From the NCBI GenBank assembly GCA_036001665.1, contig DASYUA010000257.1, forward strand, positions 1 to 64,000: a stretch of 64,000 bases of DNA. Reading direction: 5' to 3'. The notes under the pieces are model-generated. The model ran no database searches, was not told the origin of the DNA, and saw only the letters and a list, made by a program, of their open reading frames with translations. This DNA is from Tepidisphaeraceae bacterium. GTDB taxonomy: Bacteria > Planctomycetota > Phycisphaerae > Tepidisphaerales > Tepidisphaeraceae. Position 1 is the first letter of the stretch. Each line of letters starts with the position of its first letter. Below are positions 1 to 9,815 of this stretch, piece after piece. The position numbers and the translations under genes are program-made.

Positions 1-78
1 CCATTTCGATCTCCTTCCATTTCCACCAATTGCAAATCGCAAATTGCAAATTGCAAATCTAGCCGTAGGCTAAGCGAT

Positions 79-1242
79 GTGCTCCTGCCTTTCATTCTGC
101 TTGTTTTGGCCACTCTCGCCGCCACGATCGTCGCCTATGGCACCCATCCTACCTTCGCCCAATTCTCCCACGGCCTCGGTCTGATCCTCTTCTCCCGCCA
201 ATACCAATGGCCCCTCGCCACCCTCTCCATCCTCCTCTGCCTCGTCGTCATCGCCCTCGTTGTCTCCGGAAAGCGCCGGGCCTGGTGGCTCATCGGCCTC
301 GCCCCCGTCACCGCCCTCTTCATCCACCGTTTCTACTCCGACCCCCTCCGCGCCTACTCCGTCGCCGACAATCCGGCCACCATCTCCGCCAACCAGGCAT
401 CCTACCTGACCGACGACGACTACATCGTCGGCCTCAACTTCAACGGCACGAATTACGCCTACCCCTATTTCGCCCTCTATCGCCAGCCCGTGATCATTCA
501 ATCCGACCACGACAAGCGCATGATCCTCCTCTGGTCCGCCTTCGCCAACCGCGCCCAGGCCTTCAACGTCACCCGCGACCTCCACGCCCGCGACCTCGAA
601 ATCGTCTCCATGCCCGCCAACGCCCTCTTGATCTACAACCGCAAACTAGGCCAATTCATCAACGGTCTCACCGGCCAGACCCCCGCCGGCTCTAAACCCA
701 CTGATTTCGGCTCGCCCATCCCCACCCAAAAACTCCACTGGAAAACCTGGCTGACGGCCCACCCCGACACCCGCGTCATGCTCCCCACCGCCTCCGCCGC
801 CATCGACCGCACGCCGAATCTTCCGCTGCGGCCATGGTTCCCCCAGCCCAACACCTCACTGCCCGCGCCAGACACTCAAATCAAGATCGCTGCGACAACT
901 CAGCCGATTGCCTTTACCAATCCCATATCCACCAAACCCCTCAATCTCTCCGGCCCCACTCCGCTTCTAGTCTTCCGCCCCTACCCAGAGGCCCCGCCCA
1001 AAGCCTTCGACCGCCGCCTCAACGACCTCACCCTGAAATTCCACCCCAACACCAACCCCCGCCGCCCCCGCGCCCTCTTTCTCGACTCCGACACCAACTC
1101 CGGCTGGACCATGGACGGAAGAGCCATCGACGGCCCCCTCGCCAACCAAAAACTCAATCCCATCCCTTTGGAAGAAGACCTCTACTGGGGCCCCATGAAG
1201 CACTGGCTCCCCAACCTGACTCTCGCCATTGAATCGAAATGA
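79..1242 (+). CDS. hypothetical membrane-anchored protein (possibly DUF3179-like)
   Basis: 387-aa ORF with two N-terminal hydrophobic helices (LLVLATLAATIVAY; LATLSILLCLVVIALVV); strong C-ending codon bias like neighbouring + strand genes. Confidence 0.55.
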   Translation: MLLPFILLVLATLAATIVAYGTHPTFAQFSHGLGLILFSRQYQWPLATLSILLCLVVIALVVSGKRRAWWLIGLAPVTALFIHRFYSDPLRAYSVADNPATISANQASYLTDDDYIVGLNFNGTNYAYPYFALYRQPVIIQSDHDKRMILLWSAFANRAQAFNVTRDLHARDLEIVSMPANALLIYNRKLGQFINGLTGQTPAGSKPTDFGSPIPTQKLHWKTWLTAHPDTRVMLPTASAAIDRTPNLPLRPWFPQPNTSLPAPDTQIKIAATTQPIAFTNPISTKPLNLSGPTPLLVFRPYPEAPPKAFDRRLNDLTLKFHPNTNPRRPRALFLDSDTNSGWTMDGRAIDGPLANQKLNPIPLEEDLYWGPMKHWLPNLTLAIESK

Positions 1243-1455
1243 TTAAATCTTCGTCTTAATTCCCATCGCTCGCAGCGCACACCACCCTTTCCATCCCTCG
1301 AACAATTGAAAAGCGCCAATCGCCAGCAGCGCGCAACAGATAAGCCATTTCCACTTCGTATCTCCAAAGATCATTATCGCCACGCCTAGGGCAATCGTAA
1401 CGGCAGCCATCCCAAATCTGACGACCCTTCCCTTTGAATCAATATTGCACTGCAT
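1243..1455 (-). CDS. small inner-membrane protein, DUF2892/YgaP-like
   Basis: 70 aa with two TM helices and the WCALRAMGIKT-type tail typical of DUF2892. Confidence 0.45.
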   Translation of the reverse strand: MQCNIDSKGRVVRFGMAAVTIALGVAIMIFGDTKWKWLICCALLAIGAFQLFEGWKGWCALRAMGIKTKI

Positions 1456-1468
1456 AAAAAAATTCCTC

Positions 1469-1494
1469 TTCTCTGCGTCTCTGCGCCTCTGCGG
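1469..1494. repeat. TCTGCGY heptad tandem array (copy 1 of 5 in window)
   Basis: ctctgcgtctctgcgcctctgcgg in the divergent intergenic region between the DUF2892-like gene and pgi. Confidence 0.6.
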
Positions 1495-1561
1495 TTAATT
1501 CTCTCTGTGGTTCAATTCCTCTTCTCCGCTTATGCTACGCCCCCCAACAAGGGAAAGAAAA

Positions 1562-2965
1562 ATGGACCAGATCCGCTACTACTACAAAAACGCCACCTCC
1601 GACGCCATCGACCCCAAACATTCCGTCTCCCTCGCCGAGCTGAAAAAAATTGCCCCCCGCATCCGCCAAATCACCAATGAAATGACCGACCAGCGCCGCG
1701 CCGGCCAGCTCCCCTACCGCGACCTTCCCTACCAAACCGAAATGGTCGACCAGATCAACAAAGCCGTCGAGCATTTCCGCACCCGCTGCGAAGTCCTCAT
1801 CGTCCTCGGCATCGGCGGCTCCGCCCTCGGCAACATCGCGCTCCAGAACGCCCTAAATCCCTGCACCTACAACCTCCAAACCGACCGCAACCGCTCCGGC
1901 CCGCAACTCTTCATCCTCGACAACGTCGATCCCGACCAGATCCGCTCTGTCGTCGAACTAGTCACTCCCAAAATCAAAAAAACCATCGTCAACGTCATCT
2001 CCAAATCCGGCGAAACCGCCGAAACCGCGGCCCAGTTCATTCTCTTCCGCGACCTCCTCCAAAAACACCTCGGCAAGGCTTACAAAGACAATATCCTCGC
2101 CACCACCGACCCCAAAGGCGGCACCCTCCGCGAAATCGCCACCAAAGAAGGCTTTCCAACCCTCGAAGTCCCCGACGGTGTCGGCGGCCGATTCTCCGTC
2201 CTCTCCGCCGTCGGCCTCTTCTCCGCCGCCATGTGCGGCATCGACATCGACCAGCTCCTCGAAGGCGCGGCCGACATGGACAAGCGCGTCAAAGGCGGCG
2301 ACCTCTTCGCCAATCCCTCCGCCATGATCGCCGCCCTCCACTACCTCCTCGACCAGCGCGGCAAAAAAATCGCCGTCATGATGCCCTACTCCACCGCCCT
2401 CTATTCCTGCGCTGACTGGTTCCGCCAGCTTTGGGCCGAATCCCTCGGCAAACGTGACGGCTTGAAAAAGAAAAATGTCTACGCCGGCCAAACTCCCATC
2501 AAGGCCCTGGGCACCACCGACCAGCACTCCCAGGTCCAGCTCTACCGCGAAGGGCCCAACGACAAGATCATCACATTTTTAGAAGTCGAAAAATTCCAGC
2601 GCCCCCTCTCCATCCCCGACACCATGAAGCACGTCGAGACCCTCAAATATCTCGCCAACTCCAGCTTCCAAACCCTCATCAACAACGAAAAAATCGCCAC
2701 CGAATATGCCCTGATAGAATCCGACCGCCCCACCGCCACGGTCATTTTCCCCCGCATCTCCCCCGCCACCGTCGGCCAATTTTTATATCTCTACGAAGTC
2801 GCCGTCAGCTACATGGGCGCGCTCCTCGACATCAACACCTACGACCAACCCGCCGTCCAGCTCGGCAAAGACGCCACCTACGCCCTCATGGGCAAACCCG
2901 GCCACGAAAAACTCCGCACAGAGATCACCCCCGTCGCCACCAAAAACAAAAAGTATCTGCTGTAA
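1562..2965 (+). CDS. pgi: glucose-6-phosphate isomerase
   Basis: LIVLGIGGSALG and ISKSGETAET signature motifs; internal Met at 1562 preferred over 1532. Confidence 0.9.
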   Translation: MDQIRYYYKNATSDAIDPKHSVSLAELKKIAPRIRQITNEMTDQRRAGQLPYRDLPYQTEMVDQINKAVEHFRTRCEVLIVLGIGGSALGNIALQNALNPCTYNLQTDRNRSGPQLFILDNVDPDQIRSVVELVTPKIKKTIVNVISKSGETAETAAQFILFRDLLQKHLGKAYKDNILATTDPKGGTLREIATKEGFPTLEVPDGVGGRFSVLSAVGLFSAAMCGIDIDQLLEGAADMDKRVKGGDLFANPSAMIAALHYLLDQRGKKIAVMMPYSTALYSCADWFRQLWAESLGKRDGLKKKNVYAGQTPIKALGTTDQHSQVQLYREGPNDKIITFLEVEKFQRPLSIPDTMKHVETLKYLANSSFQTLINNEKIATEYALIESDRPTATVIFPRISPATVGQFLYLYEVAVSYMGALLDINTYDQPAVQLGKDATYALMGKPGHEKLRTEITPVATKNKKYLL

Positions 2966-3049
2966 CACGGGCATCCTGCCCGTGCACAAAAAACCCTCTC
3001 CCGGTACTCCGGGAGAGGGCGCAATTGTAGTGCAGACTTTCAGTCTGCT
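2966..3049. terminator. three consecutive GC hairpins between convergent pgi and the SPFH gene (bidirectional terminator / REP cluster)
   Basis: CACGGGCA-tcc-TGCCCGTG (2966-2984); CTCTCCCGG-tact-CCGGGAGAG (2992-3019); GCAGACT-ttc-AGTCTGC (3031-3049). Confidence 0.55.
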
Positions 3050-3058
3050 CATTACCTG

Positions 3059-4441
3059 CTACTGACCACCGCCCTTCGTCGTCGCCCTCGGCATCTCCAC
3101 CGACCCCACCGGCCGATCCAATCCAAACATCATGTTCGTCCCCGCCGGCAAAATCGTCGCCGGCACATCCCCCTTCCATCTCTCCGCCGCCGTCTTCATC
3201 GCATCCGCCTGCGCCTTGGCGATGTCCAGCTGCGCCTTCAGAATCATGGCATCCCCCGCCCGCATAAACTGCTCCGCGGCCTCCGCATCCGCCTTCGCAT
3301 TGGCCACGCGAATCCTCGCATCCGTCTCCGCCTTGGCGATTGCGACCTTGTTTCGTTCCGCCGCCGCCAGCGCCTCCTGCTGCGCCGTCATGATGTCCGT
3401 CTGCGCCACAAACTTCCGGTTGATCGCCTCCTGGATCTTCGGATCGTCATACTCCAGGCCCTCCGTGCTGCCAAAGTACTCGATGGTGATCCCCTTCTGC
3501 GCAAACAGCGCCTTCGCCTCCTGAAAACACTGCTCAAAGATCTTCGCCTTGTCCTTCATGCAGTCGGCCATCATGCGATTTCCAAACTCCCTCGACAAAA
3601 CCATCTGTACAAAGCTCCGCACGTTCTGGTCCATCACATCCTCCAGCTTCTTGCCGAAGTAGTAATACAGAAACTGCGGCGTATCCTCTTCCCGAATCGA
3701 CACCGTGATCGTCGCCCCCGCCGAAAATCCGATCGATTCCAAACTCTCCACTGCAATTGCCTGATCCTTCACGCTGCTTCCCACCCGCCGCACCACCCAC
3801 TCCCGCGTAATCGGGCTCCGATCCACCTTGATCACCTTCACCGTCGGCAGCCACGTGTACGCCCCGGGCCCATACCCAGTGTCGTGCTGCACCGTCGGTA
3901 TCTGAATCCGCTTCGCCGACACCTTGGCACTCTTGAGATAATCCAAGCTCTTGAATTTCTCCTGCTCCTCCTTGCTCCCCGACAACGGAATCACAAACGC
4001 CGTCTCATTGGGCGCAACCTCCTCGAACCTCTCCTCATGGAAATCACCGCATCCCCCAAGCAATCCGATCAATGGAGCCACGAACGCCCCGACGACCATC
4101 AGCCGCAGCAATTGCCACTCCCGCCTCGGCCTTGCGATCAAAAACCTCACCAGATGGACCAGGTACGCCGACCAGAGCAACACCAGAAAAACAACATACA
4201 GCCAAAGGGCCCACCCAAAAAAAACACTCCCACTGATCGCATGGCTCAATGCCCATTGCGCGCTGTCCCCGTTCACCGCAGCCATCGCCGCCTTCGTCTG
4301 CACCAGCGTGTGCGCCTCGCGCAGCGCCATCCCCAGCCCCAACCCCGGCAGCAGCATGAGCGTCATGGCAATTCTCCACCACACATGCGGCCGATCCGCA
4401 ATCGACACATTTAACGTCGCCATCGTTGCCTCCTTAGGCAA
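3059..4441 (-). CDS. SPFH/band-7 (flotillin-like) membrane protein
   Basis: N-terminal TM segments, SPFH core, C-terminal Ala/Glu-rich coiled coil (AAAERNKVAIAKAETDARIRVANAKADAEAAEQ). Confidence 0.8.
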   Translation of the reverse strand: MPKEATMATLNVSIADRPHVWWRIAMTLMLLPGLGLGMALREAHTLVQTKAAMAAVNGDSAQWALSHAISGSVFFGWALWLYVVFLVLLWSAYLVHLVRFLIARPRREWQLLRLMVVGAFVAPLIGLLGGCGDFHEERFEEVAPNETAFVIPLSGSKEEQEKFKSLDYLKSAKVSAKRIQIPTVQHDTGYGPGAYTWLPTVKVIKVDRSPITREWVVRRVGSSVKDQAIAVESLESIGFSAGATITVSIREEDTPQFLYYYFGKKLEDVMDQNVRSFVQMVLSREFGNRMMADCMKDKAKIFEQCFQEAKALFAQKGITIEYFGSTEGLEYDDPKIQEAINRKFVAQTDIMTAQQEALAAAERNKVAIAKAETDARIRVANAKADAEAAEQFMRAGDAMILKAQLDIAKAQADAMKTAAERWKGDVPATILPAGTNMMFGLDRPVGSVEMPRATTKGGGQ

Positions 4442-4610
4442 ATGCAGCCACGAATTTTTCGGATGGTTTCGGCCCCCTTACCGCTTGCTTCCCCGATTTG
4501 ACGTGGCATGAAACTTGTCAACCCATCATTGTCGACGCCATCCCGCGCCTGCACCATTACAATCCACAGCATTTTGTGTAACGCTCTTGGAGAGCGCCCA
4601 CCCCAAATTA

Positions 4611-4676
4611 CTCGCTTCACGTTTCATGCCTTCACATTTCACGTTTCCATGACATTCGCTCATCCCCCGATATAAT
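4611..4676 (+). promoter_or_regulatory. CACGTT heptad repeats (ctcgcttCACGTTtca..CACATTtCACGTTtcc) overlapping a putative -35 (ATGACA 4649-4654) and a perfect -10 (TATAAT 4671-4676) upstream of manC
   Basis: read directly; TATAAT lies about 24 nt upstream of the manC ATG at 4701; the same motif block recurs at 47717-47746. Confidence 0.4.
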
Positions 4677-4700
4677 CCCCTGTGGCGTGAATGAGGTCCT

Positions 4701-5816
4701 ATGCAATATGGCTTGATCATGGCCGGCGGCGCGGGCACTCGGCTTTGGCCGCTCTCCCGCAAAAATCGCCCCAAACAACTCCTCCCCCTCATCAAAGGCC
4801 GCAGCCTCCTCCAGCTCAGCTACGACCGCCTCCGCGGCCTCCTCTCGCCCGAGCAGATTTACGTCTGCACCAACGCCGAATACGCCAATAGCGTCTTCGA
4901 AAATCTCCCCGAGCTCCCACGGGTGAATCTTTTCCCCGAACCCGAAGGCCGCGACACCGCCAACGCTGTCGGCCTTCCCGCCGCCGTCCTCCTCAAAAAA
5001 GATCCCGACGCCGTCATCGCCGTCGTCACCGCCGACCACGTCATCGAGCCCGTCTCCCGCTTCCAGGAAGCCCTCCGCCTCGCCTTCTCCGTCGCCAGGG
5101 ACCAACCCAACGCCCTCGTCACCTTCGGCATCGTCCCCAATTTCGGCCACACCGGCCTCGGCTACATCCACCGCGGCGAATCAATCCATGCCGGCGCAAA
5201 GGAAGCCGGCAAGGAAAGCGGCTACAAAGTCCTCGCCTTCAAGGAAAAACCCGACAAGGCCACCGCCGACCGCTACGTCGAATCCGGCCGCTACTACTGG
5301 AACTCCGGCATGTTCGTCTGGCGCGCTGACACCGTTCTCCGCGAGCTCTCCCTCCACCTCCCCGAAGCCCACCGCGGCCTCATGCAGATCGCCGACGCCT
5401 GGAACACCCCGCAGCAGGAACAAGTCCTTCGCGAAATCTACCCCCGCCTCCCCAAAATCAGCATCGATTACGCCGTCATGGAGCCCGCCAGCCAAGGCAA
5501 AGGCAAAGCCCAGGTCATGACCGTCGAAATGCCCGTCGAGTGGCTCGACGTCGGCTCCTGGCCCGCCCTGGCCGATACGCTTCAGATCGACGAGCACGAC
5601 AACGCCATTGACTGCAAAGTCTGCGTCCTCATCGACGCCGACAACAACATCATCATCAGCCACGACCCCCAGCACCTCATCGCCACCGTCGGCCTCAGCG
5701 ACATGATCGTCGTCCACACCCCCGACGTAACCCTGGTCTGCCCCAAGCGCGATGCCCAGCGCGTCAAAGAACTGGTCACCCGCGCCCGCGAACTGTTCGG
5801 CGGCCGATTCCAATAA
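4701..5816 (+). CDS. manC: mannose-1-phosphate guanylyltransferase
   Basis: N-terminal GLIMAGGAGTRLWPLSR nucleotidyltransferase motif; full-length. Confidence 0.9.
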   Translation: MQYGLIMAGGAGTRLWPLSRKNRPKQLLPLIKGRSLLQLSYDRLRGLLSPEQIYVCTNAEYANSVFENLPELPRVNLFPEPEGRDTANAVGLPAAVLLKKDPDAVIAVVTADHVIEPVSRFQEALRLAFSVARDQPNALVTFGIVPNFGHTGLGYIHRGESIHAGAKEAGKESGYKVLAFKEKPDKATADRYVESGRYYWNSGMFVWRADTVLRELSLHLPEAHRGLMQIADAWNTPQQEQVLREIYPRLPKISIDYAVMEPASQGKGKAQVMTVEMPVEWLDVGSWPALADTLQIDEHDNAIDCKVCVLIDADNNIIISHDPQHLIATVGLSDMIVVHTPDVTLVCPKRDAQRVKELVTRARELFGGRFQ

Positions 5817-5857
5817 ATATCCCTTACTTTTCCCTCTCCCGGTATTCCTCCTATCCC

Positions 5858-5927
5858 CCTCTCCCGGTACTCCGGGAGAAGGTCGGGGTGAGGGCCTCTT
5901 CCGGTGGGTCGGGCACTCCTGCCCGAC
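5858..5927. repeat. two adjacent REP-type hairpins: CCCTCTCCCGGTACTCCGGGAGAAGG then GTCGGGCACTCCTGCCCGAC
   Basis: same hairpin families recur at 2992, 19649, 45545, 51620. Confidence 0.6.
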
Positions 5928-6013
5928 AAGCGTTGATGTATTCATCGATGCCATCTACGTCATTCGTCATTCGAGATTCTTTCGTCATTGGTCATTTCCC
6001 TTAAAATCCTTTC

Positions 6014-6460
6014 ATGCGAACCCTCGCCATCGACCTCGGCGACCGCAGAATCGGCCTCGCCCTCAGCGATGAATCCGGAAAACTCGCCACCCCCTACGAC
6101 GTCCTCCAGGTCGATTCCCCTGCCGCCGCCATCATCCCCATCATCAAGCTCATCGCCGCCGAACAAGTAAAACGCGTGATCGTCGGCCTTCCCCTCAACA
6201 TGGATGACTCCCTCGGCCCCGCCGCCCAGAAAGCCATCGACTGGGGCCGTGACCTCGCCATCCGAGCTGGCATCGAAGTCCTCTTCGTCGACGAGCGCCT
6301 CTCTTCCTTCCAGGCCGAGCAGGACCTCATCGACCGCAAACGCGCCGGCGAAAAACTCACCCGCGCCCGAAAAAAACGCCAGCTCGACGCCCTCGCTGCC
6401 GCCTCCTTCCTCCAATCCTTCCTCGACGGCCGCCTGCCGCCAATCGAGGTCAGCCGCTGA
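6014..6460 (+). CDS. ruvX: Holliday junction resolvase-like YqgF/RuvX
   Basis: MRTLAIDLGDRRIGLALSD N-terminus; 148 aa. Confidence 0.9.
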   Translation: MRTLAIDLGDRRIGLALSDESGKLATPYDVLQVDSPAAAIIPIIKLIAAEQVKRVIVGLPLNMDDSLGPAAQKAIDWGRDLAIRAGIEVLFVDERLSSFQAEQDLIDRKRAGEKLTRARKKRQLDALAAASFLQSFLDGRLPPIEVSR

Positions 6461-6490
6461 CAGATTGCCGTACTCCTGCCACTCTTCTCC

Positions 6491-6532
6491 GTCTGATCTG
6501 CGCAAATCTGCGTCACCTGCGTCATCTGCGTT
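6491..6532. repeat. TCTGCGY heptad tandem array (copy 2)
   Basis: tctgatctgcgcaaatctgcgtcacctgcgtcatctgcgttc between ruvX and the lipoprotein gene. Confidence 0.6.
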
Positions 6533-6620
6533 CTACCCTCCATCCTTTCCTCCGCACGACCAGCCTCAACCATATCCCCGGGCGTACCGTTTGCTGCCTT
6601 CCTTCCACAAGGAGCTTTTT

Positions 6621-7439
6621 ATGCGCAACCGTGTCACCCTCGTCCTTGCCGGCTCCCTCGGTGCCGTCGGCCTCGCCCTTACCGGCTGCGATGACAAAAA
6701 GGATGACCGACCCGTCGGCGACAAGGTCGAAAACGCCGTCGAAAAATCCGGCGAAAAAGTCGGCCAGGCCGTCGAGAAAACCGGCGATGCCATCTCCCGC
6801 GGCGCCCAAAAAGCCGCCCCCGCCATTGGCGACGCCGTTGACAAAACCGCCGATTCCGCCAAACGCGTCGGCGCCAAGCTCCGCGATGCCGTCGATGCCA
6901 CCGCCCTCGAATCCGGCGACATCATGAATCTCCTGGGCTCCACCGTCGACGCCGTCATCTCCAAAGACGGCCGCGCCGTCCTCCCCACCTATCTCAGCGA
7001 AGCCGACCGCGCCCGCATCGGCGACCTCCCCCAGGACCCCGACCTCGAACAGCACTTGGCCAAAATCCGCGACCTCTGGACCAAAAAATTCAACGGCATC
7101 TTCAACCTCCGCGACCCCCAGACCGTCTTCAAGGATGCCCGGATCACCACTGCCACCCAAAACGACCGCAAGATGGCCCAGGTCACCATCCCCGCCAAAA
7201 ACGATCTCGGCGCACTCACCTTGAATTTCGCCAGCGAAGGCAGAGTCCTCGACACCTGGAAGCTCGACATCCCCGACACCATGACCAAAGCCGACCTCCA
7301 GGCCGCCCTCGCTCGCCAAATCAAAAAAGTCGAAGAAACCGCCCCCAACTGGCCCAACGACCCTTACGCCGCCTACCGCATGGTGGCCCAGCAAATTCTC
7401 GAAACCTTCTCCACCCCCGTCGTGGCTCGCGCCAATTGA
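6621..7439 (+). CDS. lipoprotein with repetitive K/E/A-rich amphipathic segments
   Basis: MRNRVTLVLAGSLGAVGLALTGC lipobox; GGAG RBS 8 nt upstream; longer ORF from 6204 rejected as read-through. Confidence 0.6.
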   Translation: MRNRVTLVLAGSLGAVGLALTGCDDKKDDRPVGDKVENAVEKSGEKVGQAVEKTGDAISRGAQKAAPAIGDAVDKTADSAKRVGAKLRDAVDATALESGDIMNLLGSTVDAVISKDGRAVLPTYLSEADRARIGDLPQDPDLEQHLAKIRDLWTKKFNGIFNLRDPQTVFKDARITTATQNDRKMAQVTIPAKNDLGALTLNFASEGRVLDTWKLDIPDTMTKADLQAALARQIKKVEETAPNWPNDPYAAYRMVAQQILETFSTPVVARAN

Positions 7440-7463
7440 TGGCACGGGCGCCTCGCCCATGAT

Positions 7464-7949
7464 TCATTTCTTTGTCTTGCTCACCAATCTGATCTCCCCA
7501 ATCACCATCTCCTTATCAATTGCCTTGCACATGTCATAAACCGTCAGCGCCGCCACGCACACCGCCGTGAGAGCCTCCATCTCCACCCCCGTCTTCGCGG
7601 TAATCTTGGCCACCGCCTTTATTCCCAGCCTCACCCGCTCCCCCTCCAAATCCGGCAAATCAAATTCCACGCTCACGCTCTCCACCCCCAGCGGATGACA
7701 CAGCGGAATCAATTCCCCGCACTTCTTCGCCGCCATCACCCCCGCCACCCGCGCCACCGCCAGCACCTCTCCCTTGGGCACCCGATTCTCCGCAATCGCC
7801 TCCAGCGTCTCCTTTCGCAGCGAAATAAACCCCTCCGCAATCGCCTCGCGCACGCTCACCGGCTTGGCAGACACATTCACCATCTGCGCCCTTCCCCCCT
7901 CATCCACATGGCTCAATTTCGGCCGTTTCTCACGCGCGTTTTTCATCAC
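7464..7949 (-). CDS. moaC: cyclic pyranopterin monophosphate synthase MoaC
   Basis: LSHVDEGGRAQMVNVSAK and CKAIDK motifs; 161 aa. Confidence 0.9.
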   Translation of the reverse strand: MMKNAREKRPKLSHVDEGGRAQMVNVSAKPVSVREAIAEGFISLRKETLEAIAENRVPKGEVLAVARVAGVMAAKKCGELIPLCHPLGVESVSVEFDLPDLEGERVRLGIKAVAKITAKTGVEMEALTAVCVAALTVYDMCKAIDKEMVIGEIRLVSKTKK

Positions 7950-8742
7950 CCCACCCCTTCCTCAATTCCACAATCCCCCGGCACTGCGTCAACAACCTCT
8001 CCATCGAATCCAACCTCACCATGCTCGCCGCATCACTCTTCGCCCGACTCGGCTCCGGATGACATTCAATAAACAACCCATCCACCCCCGCGGCCACCGC
8101 CGCCCTCGCCAGCAGGGGCGTAAACTTCGGATTCCCCCCGCTCGCATTCCCCAATCCCCCCGGCTGCTGCGTCGAGTGCGTCGCATCAAAAATCACCGGC
8201 ACGCCGAACGATTTCATCACCGCAATTGCCGTGAAATCATTCACCAATCGGTTGTATCCAAAAAATGTTCCCCGCTCCGTCAGCATCACCTTCGAATTTC
8301 CCGTCGATCTAACCTTCTCCACCGCATTCCCCATCTCCTGCGGCGACATGAACTGCCCCTTCTTGATGTTGACTGCGCGTCCGGTTTTGCCGCATGCCAA
8401 AAGTAAATCCGTCTGCCGCGCCAAAAACGCCGGCACCTGAAGCACATCCACCACCTTCGCAACTTCCTCCACCTGCTCCGTCTCATGCACATCCGTCAAA
8501 ACCGGCACTCCATGCTTCTCTTTCACTCGCTTCAAAATCGCCACCCCCTCCTTCAACCCCGGCCCCCGATAGCTTGATGCACTCGACCGATTCGCCTTAT
8601 CAAAACTCGCCTTGAACACATACCCCAACCCCAACTTCGCGCAAATTCTCTTCAGCTCCCCCGCCACCTCCAGACACAACCCCTCCGACTCCATCACGCA
8701 CGGCCCGGCAATCACAAACAGTGGATACTTCGTCCATTCCAT
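7930..8742 (-). CDS. kdsA: 3-deoxy-8-phosphooctulonate synthase
   Basis: full-length KdsA-like sequence (LFVIAGPCVMES..GYNRLVNDF..IFDATHS); 20-nt overlap with moaC start. Confidence 0.9.
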   Translation of the reverse strand: MEWTKYPLFVIAGPCVMESEGLCLEVAGELKRICAKLGLGYVFKASFDKANRSSASSYRGPGLKEGVAILKRVKEKHGVPVLTDVHETEQVEEVAKVVDVLQVPAFLARQTDLLLACGKTGRAVNIKKGQFMSPQEMGNAVEKVRSTGNSKVMLTERGTFFGYNRLVNDFTAIAVMKSFGVPVIFDATHSTQQPGGLGNASGGNPKFTPLLARAAVAAGVDGLFIECHPEPSRAKSDAASMVRLDSMERLLTQCRGIVELRKGWGDEKRA

Positions 8743-8754
8743 CGGTCAATCCAG

Positions 8755-9705
8755 TCAAATATCGCTCTCCGCCGGCACAATAAAAGGTATCCGGCACGGA
8801 AGCAAATCAATGTCCACCGGCGTCATCCCCGCCGGCTCACCATCCACCTGCACCGGCACCGGCTCCGTCGCCTCGATCCTCACTTTCCTTCCCTTCACAT
8901 AAACAACCCCCTCCTGCGATAAATGCTCCCCCGCCGCCGCGCTGAGCACCAGCTTGATCAAATCCATCGGCGACGAGCACGGCATCACGCACACATCCAA
9001 AAGCTGATCATCCGGCCGCGCCTGCGGCAAAAGCGGAAACCCCGTTCCATACTCCTTGATATTCCCCACCAGCGCCAACCCCCGCGCCTTCTTAAAGACC
9101 TTCTTACCATCCACCATCACCTCCAGCGTTGGAAACTTATATTCCGTGATCGCCTTCACCGCCGGCATGATGTATTTCGTGTAATCGATCGGCCCAGAGC
9201 GAATTCGATCCAGCTCGTGCACCACCCACGCATCAAATCCCACCCCCGCCATCAGGAGAAAAATCCCCCCGTTCGTCCGCGCCACATCCAGATGCGCAAC
9301 TTTTCCCTGCGAAAGCGCCTCCGCCACTTCCTCCCCGATATTCTCGTCGCTCCAGTTGACCCCCAGATGTTTCCCCATCAGGTTCGCCGTCCCCATCGGC
9401 ACGATCAGCAGTGGATACGGCAGCTTCGCCAGCTCCCCGCTCGCGCACATCGCCTCCTCCGATGGAAACGCACTGTCAATCGCCCACTGCGCCACCCCCC
9501 GCAATGTCCCATCCCCGCCAATCACAATCGCCGCCTTGATCCGCCCCTCGATTCGCCTCATCTCGCCCGGCTCAATCTTGCTCAAGAACACCTTCACCGC
9601 ATATCCCCGCGCCGAAAGTGATTTCTCGAGCACGGCTGCAATCCGCTTCGCCCGCCCCCGCCCCGCAATCGGATTTGCGAATATCAGTACCTGCTCCCTT
9701 TTCAT
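8755..9705 (-). CDS. lipid kinase, DAGK-catalytic domain (YegS/BmrU family)
   Basis: IFANPIAGRGRA..IVIGGDGTLRGV motifs; Met at 9705 preferred. Confidence 0.8.
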   Translation of the reverse strand: MKREQVLIFANPIAGRGRAKRIAAVLEKSLSARGYAVKVFLSKIEPGEMRRIEGRIKAAIVIGGDGTLRGVAQWAIDSAFPSEEAMCASGELAKLPYPLLIVPMGTANLMGKHLGVNWSDENIGEEVAEALSQGKVAHLDVARTNGGIFLLMAGVGFDAWVVHELDRIRSGPIDYTKYIMPAVKAITEYKFPTLEVMVDGKKVFKKARGLALVGNIKEYGTGFPLLPQARPDDQLLDVCVMPCSSPMDLIKLVLSAAAGEHLSQEGVVYVKGRKVRIEATEPVPVQVDGEPAGMTPVDIDLLPCRIPFIVPAESDI

Positions 9706-9815
9706 GCACCTGCCCCCCAAGTCCCGCCCGCCCGCCAGTTAAATTCTTGCTCTTCGCGCTGGCATACCGACCCCCCACTGAATAAACTTTCCATAGCTCT
9801 CCAACAAGGAGGACC

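Noticed and set aside
70-585. 171-aa minus-strand ORF (Gly/Asp/Glu-rich) overlapping the first gene
   Set aside because: Low-complexity shadow frame of the + strand gene, typical of high-GC DNA. No start context.
2233-2415. Arg-rich 60-aa ORFs inside pgi, and similar R/P/H-rich ORFs elsewhere
   Set aside because: Alternative-frame artefacts of GC-rich coding sequence.
5181-5954. 257-aa minus-strand ORF opposite manC
   Set aside because: Antisense shadow ORF. manC on the + strand has full-length strong homology.
6522-7460. 312-aa minus-strand ORF opposite the lipoprotein gene
   Set aside because: Gly/Ala-rich shadow frame with no features. The + strand ORF has a lipobox and RBS.
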